A stretch of DNA of 64,000 nucleotides, taken from the NCBI GenBank assembly GCA_963664875.1, contig OY761611.1:3680001-3744000 (forward strand), read 5' to 3'. Numbering within the stretch: the stretch's first letter is position 1; each line of letters opens with the position of its first letter. Both the position numbers and the translations under genes were made by a program. The notes under the pieces were generated by a model. That model saw only the letters and a list, made by a program, of their open reading frames with translations, had not been told where the DNA came from and made no database searches. Below are positions 27,306-36,709 of this stretch, one piece after another. Origin of the DNA: Candidatus Kapaibacterium sp. Lineage in GTDB: Bacteria; Bacteroidota; Ignavibacteria; Kapaibacteriales; UBA2268.

Positions 27306-28088
27306 ATGATCTCCGACCAAATCTTACTTATTAAATTAGATGAAAAGAAGGAAACAGAAAGAATATTATTGATTCTAATCAATGGCATACTTGATAATCT
27401 AGAGCAAGATATAATATCTGTTCGTACAGCTGAACTTGCGATATTTGGTCCAGCTATGCTTACTGAGAGGAAAAGGAAGCAAATAAACAATGGGATTTTA
27501 GACCTTATCTACGAAGGATTATTCCTTGAGAATGTATTGGATTGGATGCCTCATAAATTCAAAGATACCATCCACAATATGCAAACTGTTGCAAACACTT
27601 TGCTAAAGAAATATGATACAAACTATTTGGCAAAGCCTTGGATAGAAAATATAGATAATAAAAATATTTTATCAGATGAGGAAAGATTTGCTAAGCTAAA
27701 GCATATCAAAAAAAATTATAATAAAATCAGTGCTATTTATTCGGATATAAAAGAAAAAAGTGAAATTATCATATTAGTTCTAATATGTGGGATGATTGTG
27801 AGCTTAGAAAACAAGCTAATATCTCTAGATTATGCAAAAGAATCCTTGTTTTCAGACTCTACTACAGATATTTTAAGGAGCCTAGGTTTAAGACTTGAAA
27901 TAATCAATTTAATACAAAAAGGAATTGAGTTAGAAAGGCTAAATGTAAAAGACAAGCAACTGAACGAATCAAGCATTATCGAGATGAAAAATACAGCATA
28001 TAATCTATTGAAATGTTATAATTCTCCACAATATCTCTATAGAATCTGGATTAGAACAATTAGGTGCAAAAAAACATTATGTATTTGA
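27306..28088 (+). CDS. Protein with two tandem DUF3969-like domains
   Basis: Two copies of E..IL.L..G....LE..IIS...AE..IF/LF...I..LI..G..LE. Confidence 0.6.
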   Translation: MISDQILLIKLDEKKETERILLILINGILDNLEQDIISVRTAELAIFGPAMLTERKRKQINNGILDLIYEGLFLENVLDWMPHKFKDTIHNMQTVANTLLKKYDTNYLAKPWIENIDNKNILSDEERFAKLKHIKKNYNKISAIYSDIKEKSEIIILVLICGMIVSLENKLISLDYAKESLFSDSTTDILRSLGLRLEIINLIQKGIELERLNVKDKQLNESSIIEMKNTAYNLLKCYNSPQYLYRIWIRTIRCKKTLCI

Positions 28089-28142
28089 AAAGAGTCAAGA
28101 AAACCATCTAAGTGAATAATTAGAATTCAAGGATACAACATT

Positions 28143-28484
28143 ATGATAACTGAAGAAATTGAATCTATTATACGAAGAAATTGGCTGAAAGCAGCTCAAG
28201 AATTGAATTTTGAAATTATCACCCCATATACTATTAGTATTGATGGGAATGATAGAAAAGTCTTTGCATTTTTGCCTGACTATGGTTCAAAACAAGGTGC
28301 GATTGTATGTTTATCAGCACAACCAAACTGTGATTGGCATATCAAGAGTTCTGACCATGACGAAATATGGAGCTGGGGACTTGCTAACAAAAGATTTTGT
28401 AGCATTATTTACATTACTAATGACAATCTAGTTTATGATAAAGAATATTTTATTGATATACTTGAGGACTGGAAAATAAGTTGA
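28143..28484 (+). CDS. Small hypothetical protein (immunity-like context)
   Basis: 113 aa with AAGGA RBS, flanked by DUF3969-like genes. Confidence 0.6.
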   Translation: MITEEIESIIRRNWLKAAQELNFEIITPYTISIDGNDRKVFAFLPDYGSKQGAIVCLSAQPNCDWHIKSSDHDEIWSWGLANKRFCSIIYITNDNLVYDKEYFIDILEDWKIS

Positions 28485-28521
28485 GTGTTTAAGATAGAAA
28501 AAACGACTGAAGTGCCATAAC

Positions 28522-28761
28522 ATGATTTATTTAGAATTTGGATTAAAACAAGAAACTGAAATCAGAATACTCATTTTAATGTATGGCTTGCTTGACAGTT
28601 TAGAAAAAGATATAATTCCGTTGTATCTAACAACCAGAGCAATGTTTTCTCCTTATGGAGTTGATACATTAAAGGAAGTAGGAATAAGATCTGAAGTAAT
28701 AGATTTAGTTGATAGAGGAAGAGAACTAGATGATATTTTTGATTTAATTCCACATCTATAC
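28522..28761 (+). pseudogene. Truncated DUF3969-like gene
   Basis: ETEIRILILMYGLLDSLEKDII...MFSPYGVDTL...IDLVDRGRELDDI..LIP matches 27306-28088 but lacks the last helix; frame runs into an A-run/terminator and the convergent gene. Confidence 0.6.
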
Positions 28762-28797
28762 AAAAAAAAAGGAACTGATATGGTAGCAGTCCCTTTT
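28762..28797 (-). terminator. Intrinsic terminator of the T9SS cargo gene
   Basis: Minus strand AAAAGGGACTG...CAGTTCCTTTTTTTTT just after the 28809 stop. Confidence 0.7.
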
Positions 28798-28808
28798 AAA
28801 ATTTCTGT

Positions 28809-30239
28809 TTACTCAACTACAAAACCAATAGCTCTTTTTTCTACATCATTATCAACAACTAAGTAATAGACACCTCTTTTGATACCTGTAACATCAATTT
28901 GTTTTGCTGCGAAGGCTGTCTGTTTGTCGTAATTGAACTGATTATCTAATACTTTGATTTCTTTTCCCATATAATCATATATTTTAAAGCTCACATTACT
29001 CATAGCGTGTGGATTCAAATAAAATCTCACTTCAGTATATGTGATTGCAGGGTTTGGTCTAACTGTAAGAGGTATTATTGTAGGCATACCTTCAGTTTCC
29101 TCTAATGATGTTTGATCGTACGGATCTAATGGTATCGCTGCAAAAATACTTTTACCATCTTCCCAATATTCTTCTTTTATATGTGAATAAAACCACCAAA
29201 TATTGTTTTTATCAACTTGAAAATATTTTGTTATATATGTGCTATCTGGAAAAGGAATACGTTTCCAATTTCCATCGGCAGGTTTGAAGTATAATTTGGC
29301 AAGATATTTTTCAGGTTGAGCTGTCTGTGCTAAAGCAAGCAGTCCGCCTTTATTATCTGACCTAACCCTAAATAAGATATTATAAGCCGGATTGAGGCTA
29401 TCATAGTCATCAAAAAAACCTTCAAAATCTTCACGAATAATGGTGTTTTTCAAATCGTCATGGAAGAGTTCTTTTGTGTCAAAATTATATGTATAATACT
29501 GAAAGTCTCTTGTTGAGTTACAAATCAGCATATTGTTTTTGATATATGGTGATGAAGCATAATAAAAGAAATCTAAAGTTTTGTGATAATTTGAAAAGTC
29601 AACTGAATCTGCCTCACCTGAACTTATCTCATATTCAATTAGCTTGCTGTTCCATGAATAATAATAAAGTTTATTGTTATATATTTCATAAGATTTAACG
29701 CCTGAACCTATAGAAGGATAGCAGTTTAGCAGCTTTTCGGGTTCAATATGAGTAAGCTTTAAAGAATTATCATCCAATATATGCATCCCTTGAAAAAATC
29801 CATTGAGACCATGTACTATATAATATTTATCGTCATTATATGCCACGAAACCATTACCTGTTTTTAAAGCTGGGATTTCATTTTCTGAGTAGATTATTGT
29901 AGTGTCTTCGGAAACATAAATTAAGGTATCTATTTTAGTAACTATATAAGATTTTTTTGAAAAAGCCATTGAAGAGTTCGAATAGCCCAATGTACAGTAA
30001 TCCTCACCATTATATGGTATCGTTTTGATGACTTTACTTAATTCTTTTGTCTCAATATCTATATAACACTGATAACCATAACTATTGAAAATTACATGAT
30101 TGTTTAAATCAAACAAAATTTCAGTACTACCGCCTCCTGATGTTAAGTCACCCATAGGGATATAGTTTCCCCATTTTTGTGCACTCAACTGAGTCATAGA
30201 GAGTAATAGAATTGAAAGATGTAAAAATAGATATTTCAT
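28809..30239 (-). CDS. T9SS CTD-containing secreted protein, probable beta-propeller (unit 1)
   Basis: Signal peptide; aromatic beta-rich body; CTD TVRPNPA...FKIYDYMG...GVYYLVVDNDVEKRAIGFVVE. Confidence 0.8.
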   Translation of the reverse strand: MKYLFLHLSILLLSMTQLSAQKWGNYIPMGDLTSGGGSTEILFDLNNHVIFNSYGYQCYIDIETKELSKVIKTIPYNGEDYCTLGYSNSSMAFSKKSYIVTKIDTLIYVSEDTTIIYSENEIPALKTGNGFVAYNDDKYYIVHGLNGFFQGMHILDDNSLKLTHIEPEKLLNCYPSIGSGVKSYEIYNNKLYYYSWNSKLIEYEISSGEADSVDFSNYHKTLDFFYYASSPYIKNNMLICNSTRDFQYYTYNFDTKELFHDDLKNTIIREDFEGFFDDYDSLNPAYNILFRVRSDNKGGLLALAQTAQPEKYLAKLYFKPADGNWKRIPFPDSTYITKYFQVDKNNIWWFYSHIKEEYWEDGKSIFAAIPLDPYDQTSLEETEGMPTIIPLTVRPNPAITYTEVRFYLNPHAMSNVSFKIYDYMGKEIKVLDNQFNYDKQTAFAAKQIDVTGIKRGVYYLVVDNDVEKRAIGFVVE

Positions 30240-30263
30240 ACTTACCTCGTCATAATAAAATAG

Positions 30264-30294
30264 ATGGGCAGATGTTGACTATCAACAACTACCC
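30264..30294 (-). terminator. Intergenic hairpin between the Cys-rich and T9SS genes (unit 1)
   Basis: TGGG..TGTTGA-CTA-TCAACA..CCCA imperfect stem just after the stop of the Cys-rich gene. Confidence 0.45.
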
Positions 30295-30302
30295 AAAAAG
30301 TA

Positions 30303-31025
30303 TTAATCACATTTAACACCACATTCGTGGTAATATCCTTCAGGATTTAATTCTAAAGGGTTTTCCCATACTACAGGCATTTCTATCCATATTTGATCAG
30401 GGCATGCATTTGTTATATCTGTTCTTCTTTCTACAAGTTCCTGTCTTGCTTCAAATAGTCCTGTGTCCGGATCATTATAAAAACAAGTTTTATAAATAGA
30501 TAAACACTTAGCTTCATCGCTGCAAGGCACAAATTCAGAAATAGGGATTAGCCACTCGCCGGTGTCAATTTGATCAACTAATACCAAATCATTCGTCTGG
30601 CATGCTGCCATAGTAAGTTGATAGGAAATCTGTTGTTGTTCTTCATCACAGGGCGAAGGTTCTATTTCCCTTTTGTTTACTAAATCTTTAAGTACACCTT
30701 TGGCAATCATATCAATATAATATCCATAATTATTATTGAATTCTTCTTGGGCTGCTCTAAAATCACATGTGTCAGAATCAGGAATTAAGAAGACATGAGC
30801 AATCGAAAACTCTACATCAAAGGCGGAAATTGGTGGCCCTGCTTGGTGTTGATAAAAACAATAAATAACCTGAATTGTAAAACAAGGCTCGATTCTACCT
30901 ACCTCAACAGCAGGCATTTGTCGCCAGTCGGGATCGCCGCAGTCTGCCTGCAAATCAGTTATAGAAAAAGCGAATAGCATTGCAAGTGCAACACCCAGCA
31001 TAGCAAAAATAGATTTGCTTTTCAT
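30303..31025 (-). CDS. Acidic 12-cysteine secreted protein (unit 1)
   Basis: AAGGAG RBS, start MKSKS, signal peptide ending LQA; 12 Cys aligned with 32647-33357; ends ECGVKCD. Confidence 0.8.
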   Translation of the reverse strand: MKSKSIFAMLGVALAMLFAFSITDLQADCGDPDWRQMPAVEVGRIEPCFTIQVIYCFYQHQAGPPISAFDVEFSIAHVFLIPDSDTCDFRAAQEEFNNNYGYYIDMIAKGVLKDLVNKREIEPSPCDEEQQQISYQLTMAACQTNDLVLVDQIDTGEWLIPISEFVPCSDEAKCLSIYKTCFYNDPDTGLFEARQELVERRTDITNACPDQIWIEMPVVWENPLELNPEGYYHECGVKCD

Positions 31026-31128
31026 AAGGATACTCCTTAATTTGAATTGATAATGTTTATTATTAGGCAATTTGTACTTTAGCGGGTAAAATTGCCGAAA
31101 GGAATCTGCTTATGTGGGTTCCTTTTTT
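30975..31128. repeat. 154-bp direct repeat, copy 1 (structured leader plus first codons)
   Basis: Identical to 33307-33460 except two positions; offset 2332 bp. Confidence 0.95.
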
Positions 31129-31143
31129 TTTTGGTGAATCATT

Positions 31144-32568
31144 TTACTCAACTACAAAACCAATAGCTCGCTTTTCTACATCGTTATCAACAACCAAGTA
31201 ATAGACACCTGGAGATAGCGATTCTACATTGATTATTTTGCTTGCCATTCCGGTATTTTTATTCAAATGATAAGAATTATTGAGCTCATTTATAAGCATT
31301 CCTGAGTAATTGTATATTTTGAAATTAACTTTATCGGCAGTTCTCGGGTCAAGATAAAATTTTATTTCCGAGGTAGTTCTTGCAGGGTTGGGAACAGTTT
31401 TAACAGGATATATCGTGAAAAGTTCTGTGTCTGCAATTGAAGTTGTATCTGCATAAGGATTAAATCTTACACAAGCGTATTTGTAATCTGGATTTTCTAA
31501 ATATTCCGGTTTTATCCGAGCGTAGCCCCAAAGAGTATTATCTACATCTAAATGTAAATATCCTGAAATATCATGCTTCTTTGGAAGAGCTATGTTTTGC
31601 CAGTTTTCACCGGATTTTTTCATATAAAAATGCCAATTACTTCTTTCGATACCAACGCTTACATATGCAAATAAACTACCTTTATGGTCAGCATACAGCA
31701 TCAGATTTAGTGTATCTTTTTCACTTACAGTTGGGAAATCCATCTTAAAAATTTCAGATTCAGCTATGTCCTCTACTTCATATTCCAAAGTATTTAAGTT
31801 GTATTTTATATACATTAATGATGCATTTAATCCAAATTCTTGAATTAGGTAGCAAGAGCTATCTACAAATCGTGCGTTGTCTATTTGCTTCAATTTATCA
31901 TATTTGTTTATGATTGGTTTTAAATCAAGAGAATCAACCTTATCTGATTTAGTATCATAACTGATGAGTTTATTGAATATTGAAAAATAGTAAACTTCAT
32001 CATTCCACAAACCACGAAGATGACTGTAAGCTCCTCTGCTAGGGAAGTGAGTACGACCAAATCTATCTTTATGTATAAGTGTTAGTTCCAAAGTTTCTTC
32101 ATCAAAAATATACATACCATCCCATTTGGGGATTAAATCTTTCATTATGTAATATTTGTTATTATTGTATATTATCCATCTTATGCCAGAACTGTCAAAT
32201 CTTAATTGTTCACCTGTAAATTGAATGACCGTGTCGCTAGTAATATATGACAATGTATCTTCGTGAGTTCTCATATAAGAATGATTTGAGTATGTACAGA
32301 TTTGGGATATGCGATTGTTGTCAAAAAGATATTTTTTACCTTTGATATGTACACTTGTAGAGTCTGCCACTATATCTAATGCTTCTTTATCAATATAAAA
32401 AGCATGACCATAAGTATAATAAACTATGTGGTTATTCGAATCTGAGGCAATATGGACTATTCCATTTGTTACTTTGTTGAATGATATATGATCTTTCCAC
32501 ATCTGAGAGTATAAAGCTGAAGCAAAGAAAATTATTAGAATGAAAATATTGAGTGTGAGTTTTTGCAT
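31144..32568 (-). CDS. T9SS CTD-containing secreted protein, probable beta-propeller (unit 2)
   Basis: Paralog of 28809-30239; CTD TVPNPA...FKIYNYSG...GVYYLVVDNDVEKRAIGFVVE with identical last 21 aa. Confidence 0.8.
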   Translation of the reverse strand: MQKLTLNIFILIIFFASALYSQMWKDHISFNKVTNGIVHIASDSNNHIVYYTYGHAFYIDKEALDIVADSTSVHIKGKKYLFDNNRISQICTYSNHSYMRTHEDTLSYITSDTVIQFTGEQLRFDSSGIRWIIYNNNKYYIMKDLIPKWDGMYIFDEETLELTLIHKDRFGRTHFPSRGAYSHLRGLWNDEVYYFSIFNKLISYDTKSDKVDSLDLKPIINKYDKLKQIDNARFVDSSCYLIQEFGLNASLMYIKYNLNTLEYEVEDIAESEIFKMDFPTVSEKDTLNLMLYADHKGSLFAYVSVGIERSNWHFYMKKSGENWQNIALPKKHDISGYLHLDVDNTLWGYARIKPEYLENPDYKYACVRFNPYADTTSIADTELFTIYPVKTVPNPARTTSEIKFYLDPRTADKVNFKIYNYSGMLINELNNSYHLNKNTGMASKIINVESLSPGVYYLVVDNDVEKRAIGFVVE

Positions 32569-32596
32569 GGAAGATTTCCTGTATATTTTTAAATAG

Positions 32597-32623
32597 TAGT
32601 AAGGGGATCAAACTCCCTTACTA
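32597..32623 (-). terminator. Intergenic hairpin between the Cys-rich and T9SS genes (unit 2)
   Basis: TAGTAAGGG...CCCTTACTA stem. Confidence 0.55.
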
Positions 32624-32646
32624 TGAAATAAAAAACTGATGCTGGC

Positions 32647-33357
32647 CTAATCACATTTAGTTCCACATTCATATTCAATATCATCATAAAAGTTGCTCAT
32701 AGGATTATAGGTAGGTACAATAGTCGATTGAGGACACTCGCTACCAACTACTTCATTTCTTTGAATAAGTGTTTGTCTTATGACCAACTCACTTATACTA
32801 ATATCAAAGTATAGACAAAGATGGTATAGAGATTCGCATTTAGAATCTTCAGAACAAGGTACAAATTCTAAGATTGGGTACAATTCCGGAAATTCATCAC
32901 CAATAACCTTGTTTCCTACCCAAACGAGAGAATTTGTTTGACATAGTACTACAGATACATTATGAACTATATATCCACCATTTTCACAGAAAATAATTTG
33001 TAATTCTTGGTCAGTATTGAGTATATCAGCAAAAATTGCTTTAGATATTTTATCAATATACTCACCATAATTGTTGTTGAATTCTTCTTGAGCTGCCTCA
33101 AAGTCACATTCATCAGAATCTGCAATTAACTGAATGTTAGTAATCTCAGTATGAATTTTGCTTATACCGTTCACCTCTTCGAGAAACATGCAATAAGTAA
33201 CCTGTATAGTAAAGCAAGGTTCGATGCGTCCTGCATCCAAATAGTAAGGACCTGTCCAGCCCTGATCTCCACATCCGGCTTGTAAGTCATTAATTGAAAA
33301 AGAGATTAGCATTGCAAGTGCAACACCCAGCATAGCAAAAAAAGATTTGCTTTTCAT
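32647..33357 (-). CDS. Acidic 12-cysteine secreted protein (unit 2)
   Basis: Paralog of 30303-31025: GRIEPCFTIQV.YC, AAQEEFNNNYG.YID, CQTN, EFVPCS, ECG.KCD. Confidence 0.8.
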   Translation of the reverse strand: MKSKSFFAMLGVALAMLISFSINDLQAGCGDQGWTGPYYLDAGRIEPCFTIQVTYCMFLEEVNGISKIHTEITNIQLIADSDECDFEAAQEEFNNNYGEYIDKISKAIFADILNTDQELQIIFCENGGYIVHNVSVVLCQTNSLVWVGNKVIGDEFPELYPILEFVPCSEDSKCESLYHLCLYFDISISELVIRQTLIQRNEVVGSECPQSTIVPTYNPMSNFYDDIEYECGTKCD

Positions 33358-33460
33358 AAGGATACTCCTTAATTTGAATTGATAATGTTTATTATTAGGC
33401 AATTTGTACTTTAGCGGGTAAAATTGCCGAAAGGAATCTGCTTAAGTGGGTTCCTTTTTT
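33307..33460. repeat. 154-bp direct repeat, copy 2
   Basis: Matches 30975-31128 with two mismatches. Confidence 0.95.
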
Positions 33461-33686
33461 ATTATATGGAACCAAATATAAATTGAATACTGTGTTTTTT
33501 TTATTTAACTATTATGCTTTTGCTTAAAATACAAAAATGAAATATATAATGCAAGTATAAATTATATTTCTTTATAGGCAAATTATAATTAGTAGTAATA
33601 ATAAAATATATCTTCATATTCGATGCGAATTATGCGGAATATTGCTATATTGAACATAAACTAAGATAAAGATAAGGAACAGTTCA

Positions 33687-34220
33687 ATGCGATCATTTTT
33701 ACTCATAACGGGCATAGCACTAATGATTCTTCATGCTTGCACGTCTGACAAACCATTCAAATCAGAAAATAATCACTCAAATAAGGAAATAACTATGAAA
33801 GACACTACTCCTAAAGTAACAGGTATTGGCGGTATCTTTTTCCGCACCAAAGACCCTCAGGCTACTAAAGACTGGTATAAAAACAATCTTGGTTTGGCTA
33901 CTAACGAATGGGGTGCGCCATTTGAAACAAGAAACGCTAATAATCCTGAAGAGATTAACTATACGCAGTGGAGTCCTTTTGACGAGAATACCGAATACTT
34001 CAATCCTTCTGACAAAGAGTTTATGATTAATTACCGAGTGCAAAATATCGAAGGTTTAGTTGAAAATCTGAAAGCAAACGGCGTGACTATTGTTGACTCA
34101 ATAGAAACCTACGACTATGGCAAATTTGTGCATATCATGGATAACGACGGCAACAAAATTGAACTATGGGAACCTGTTGACAGCGTCTTTACAGAAATGG
34201 GCTTAGAAACTACAAAGTAG
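33687..34220 (+). CDS. VOC/glyoxalase family protein
   Basis: KVTGIGGIFFR...FMINYRV...YGKFVHIMDNDGNKIELWEP; two possible starts (33687 with lipoprotein signal, 33795). Confidence 0.88.
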   Translation: MRSFLLITGIALMILHACTSDKPFKSENNHSNKEITMKDTTPKVTGIGGIFFRTKDPQATKDWYKNNLGLATNEWGAPFETRNANNPEEINYTQWSPFDENTEYFNPSDKEFMINYRVQNIEGLVENLKANGVTIVDSIETYDYGKFVHIMDNDGNKIELWEPVDSVFTEMGLETTK

Positions 34221-34235
34221 AATGACATACAAACG

Positions 34236-34290
34236 AACAATGAGTTATCGACATTTTAACCAAACTGTCGGCAACTCATTGTTTTATTTT
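34236..34290 (+). terminator. Intrinsic terminator
   Basis: AACAATGAGTT...AACTCATTGTT long stem followed by T-rich tail. Confidence 0.65.
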
Positions 34291-34430
34291 AACTTAAAGC
34301 CAATCATACAATAGCGAACTATTGTTTATTTTTGTAAAGAATAAACGAATATAATTCTTTTGAAATATAAAACAAGACTAAATCGTTTATTCTATAGGGA
34401 AAACATCATACTTATCGGATATTAAAAAAA

Positions 34431-36608
34431 ATGAGACGGACATCTTTGTTTGTAGAGATAGCATTTTGTATAGTTATCTGTTCCTTTATAGCAGCTAATG
34501 CAAGCGATATTGATACTGAATTTAAAAATATGTCTATAGAAGAGCTGATGCGTGTCAAAGTAGTTACGGCTACAAAGCACGAAGAAGAGCTAAAAGATGT
34601 TCCTTCCAGTATGGTGATTCTTACTCGCAAAGAAATAGAGCAAAGAGGTTTTCTTACTTTATCAGAAGTACTCCAAAACATCCCGGGTCTTTTTATGATT
34701 GAGGATAAATATTGGCTTGGCAGTACAAACTATGGAGTCAGAGGCTTTTTCTCAACCGGTCCGTTTAATGATATGGTAGTTCTGGTCAATGGAGTTTCCC
34801 AACTTTCTGACAAATATTCCGATTACCCTGACGGGCTAATCAATGTTCCGGTCGAATCTATAGATAGAATCGAAGTGGTACGTGGTCCAATGTCAGTAAC
34901 TTATGGAAGTGGAGCTTTTTTTGGTGTGATAAATATAATAACTGACGATATTAAGCAATCTAAAAATCAGGCAACTGCTTCGATAGGTCAAATGGGAACC
35001 AACAAACAATTTTTTCAGCTGTCCCAAAAAATTGATGACTTATCCTTTAATCTCTCAAGTATGCGATACACTACAAAGGGCATTGATGTTCCCTTCAATG
35101 AACTGACAAGCGATCCGAGTAATATGGATTATGTAGGGATTTCACGTGATGCTACTACTTACGGTCAAATGGATGACATTAGAAAATATTTTGGACTGAA
35201 TGTAAAATACAAAGAGTTCTATACTGATATTTCTTATGCTGAGACTTACAAAGATATATTTGATGGTCAACCAAGCTATTATGAGGGATCTGAAATATCT
35301 TTATACTCATTTGATTTCGTATTTGGGTATAAAAAAGCTTTAGCAGATAATTTTGAAATAGATGCAAAGTATGGTTACTATTCAAATAGCCACATAATTG
35401 ATTACCAGATATTTTATCCTACATACTATGAAGTAGATGGGCAATGGACTCATGCGTATGATTTCGAATTAAATACAAGTTGGGGTATTTCTGACCAATT
35501 TACTTTGAATAGTGGCTACTACTTACGTTATGCTCCCGAAATCTTCCAAATATCCGATTTTGCTTACTATGGGCTAAAGAATGGGGATGGAGAAACAAGA
35601 CTACAAAAAGATATAGTTACTAATTCGCTATTTACACATTTGACCTTTAAGCCTTCAAACAATTTGAGTATCATAGGTGGGATTAGAGTCGAACAGCTTT
35701 CTCCTTATGAAATGTTGTATGTGCGAGGAGTAGTTTCGGGAGAACCCGAAGATGGAGTAGATCCGGCTGACAGCAATAACCGAGTAATTTATAATGCAAG
35801 ATATAATCCTGAAAACAACGGAATAAACCTTGTAACCAGGTTTGCTTTGCTTTACAATATCAACGATTTGCATACAATTAAGTTCATGTTTGGTGAAGCT
35901 ACAAAGCGCCCATCATTCTCAGAAAATTATAGGCAGCTTGCTGCCGGAAGAGATTTTCTTAATTCGGCTGAGATTCAAACTTATGAGTTTAATTATATGT
36001 CGGTTTACTCTGACATTGCTGCAACTAATTTTAGCATATATTATAATCATCTCGATAATCTTATATCTGCTACAAATATATATGATCAGACTACCGGGGA
36101 ATGGAATCTTTTTAGCTCAAACTCCGGTGAAATGGAAACAGTCGGTTTTGAAGTTTTAGTTAAACTATTTCCAACTGATTATTTGGTATTTGATGTGAAT
36201 TTTATCTATCAAAAATCAAATGATTTGAGAGAAGGTTGGGGTGATATTAAGTTAGCTTACTCACCTGAAATTCTTAGTTTGGCAAATATTTCATATCTTC
36301 CGACAGATGATATTTCAATTACCCTCATAAATAGATATATAGGCGAAATGGAAACAGAATGGGTTACTTCGACTATTCCAAGAGAGGGGCATAGGATAGG
36401 TAATAAGTCAGAAAGACGGATGATTAATGATATTAATATAAGATATAATAAGATTTTTGGCTCTGATTTTTTTATCAATTTTAAAATTGCGAACCTCTTT
36501 GATGTGGATTATAGATATCCTACTACCAAATCTAATCAATGGATGGATAAAGGTTTGCCTGCACCCGGAAGGAGTATGTATTTTACTATTGGTTACGACT
36601 TCGAATAA
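34431..36608 (+). CDS. TonB-dependent outer membrane receptor
   Basis: Plug motifs VVTATK...VPSSMVILT..EI, IDRIEVVRGPMSVTYGSGAFFGVINIIT; C-terminal NLFD...PGRSMYFTIGYDF. Confidence 0.92.
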   Translation: MRRTSLFVEIAFCIVICSFIAANASDIDTEFKNMSIEELMRVKVVTATKHEEELKDVPSSMVILTRKEIEQRGFLTLSEVLQNIPGLFMIEDKYWLGSTNYGVRGFFSTGPFNDMVVLVNGVSQLSDKYSDYPDGLINVPVESIDRIEVVRGPMSVTYGSGAFFGVINIITDDIKQSKNQATASIGQMGTNKQFFQLSQKIDDLSFNLSSMRYTTKGIDVPFNELTSDPSNMDYVGISRDATTYGQMDDIRKYFGLNVKYKEFYTDISYAETYKDIFDGQPSYYEGSEISLYSFDFVFGYKKALADNFEIDAKYGYYSNSHIIDYQIFYPTYYEVDGQWTHAYDFELNTSWGISDQFTLNSGYYLRYAPEIFQISDFAYYGLKNGDGETRLQKDIVTNSLFTHLTFKPSNNLSIIGGIRVEQLSPYEMLYVRGVVSGEPEDGVDPADSNNRVIYNARYNPENNGINLVTRFALLYNINDLHTIKFMFGEATKRPSFSENYRQLAAGRDFLNSAEIQTYEFNYMSVYSDIAATNFSIYYNHLDNLISATNIYDQTTGEWNLFSSNSGEMETVGFEVLVKLFPTDYLVFDVNFIYQKSNDLREGWGDIKLAYSPEILSLANISYLPTDDISITLINRYIGEMETEWVTSTIPREGHRIGNKSERRMINDINIRYNKIFGSDFFINFKIANLFDVDYRYPTTKSNQWMDKGLPAPGRSMYFTIGYDFE

Positions 36609-36709
36609 CTTCAGTAGTGCTACTTCTTTATACAGAAATATTTTCTTTTTTAAAGTCTTATTTCGTATATATGTTTTTTACATATTATCGAGAGCACAAA
36701 AACTTGGCC

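Noticed and set aside
28762-28866. C-terminal part of ORF 28522-28866 as real coding sequence
   Set aside because: It is read-through across a terminator and the antisense strand of 28809-30239
31026-31070. MPNNKHYQFKLRSIL N-terminal extensions of ORFs 30303-31070 and 32647-33402
   Set aside because: AAGGAG RBS sits directly before MKSKS, which begins a normal signal peptide; the extension is translated leader repeat
31085-31115. GGTAAA-ATTGCC-GAAA-GGAAT resembling a c-di-GMP-I riboswitch stem
   Set aside because: The downstream conserved GCAAA/P3 elements are missing and the match is antisense to the adjacent gene
28809-33460. Diversity-generating retroelement explanation for the duplicated segments
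   Set aside because: No reverse transcriptase in the window and the few repeat mismatches are not consistently adenine-specific
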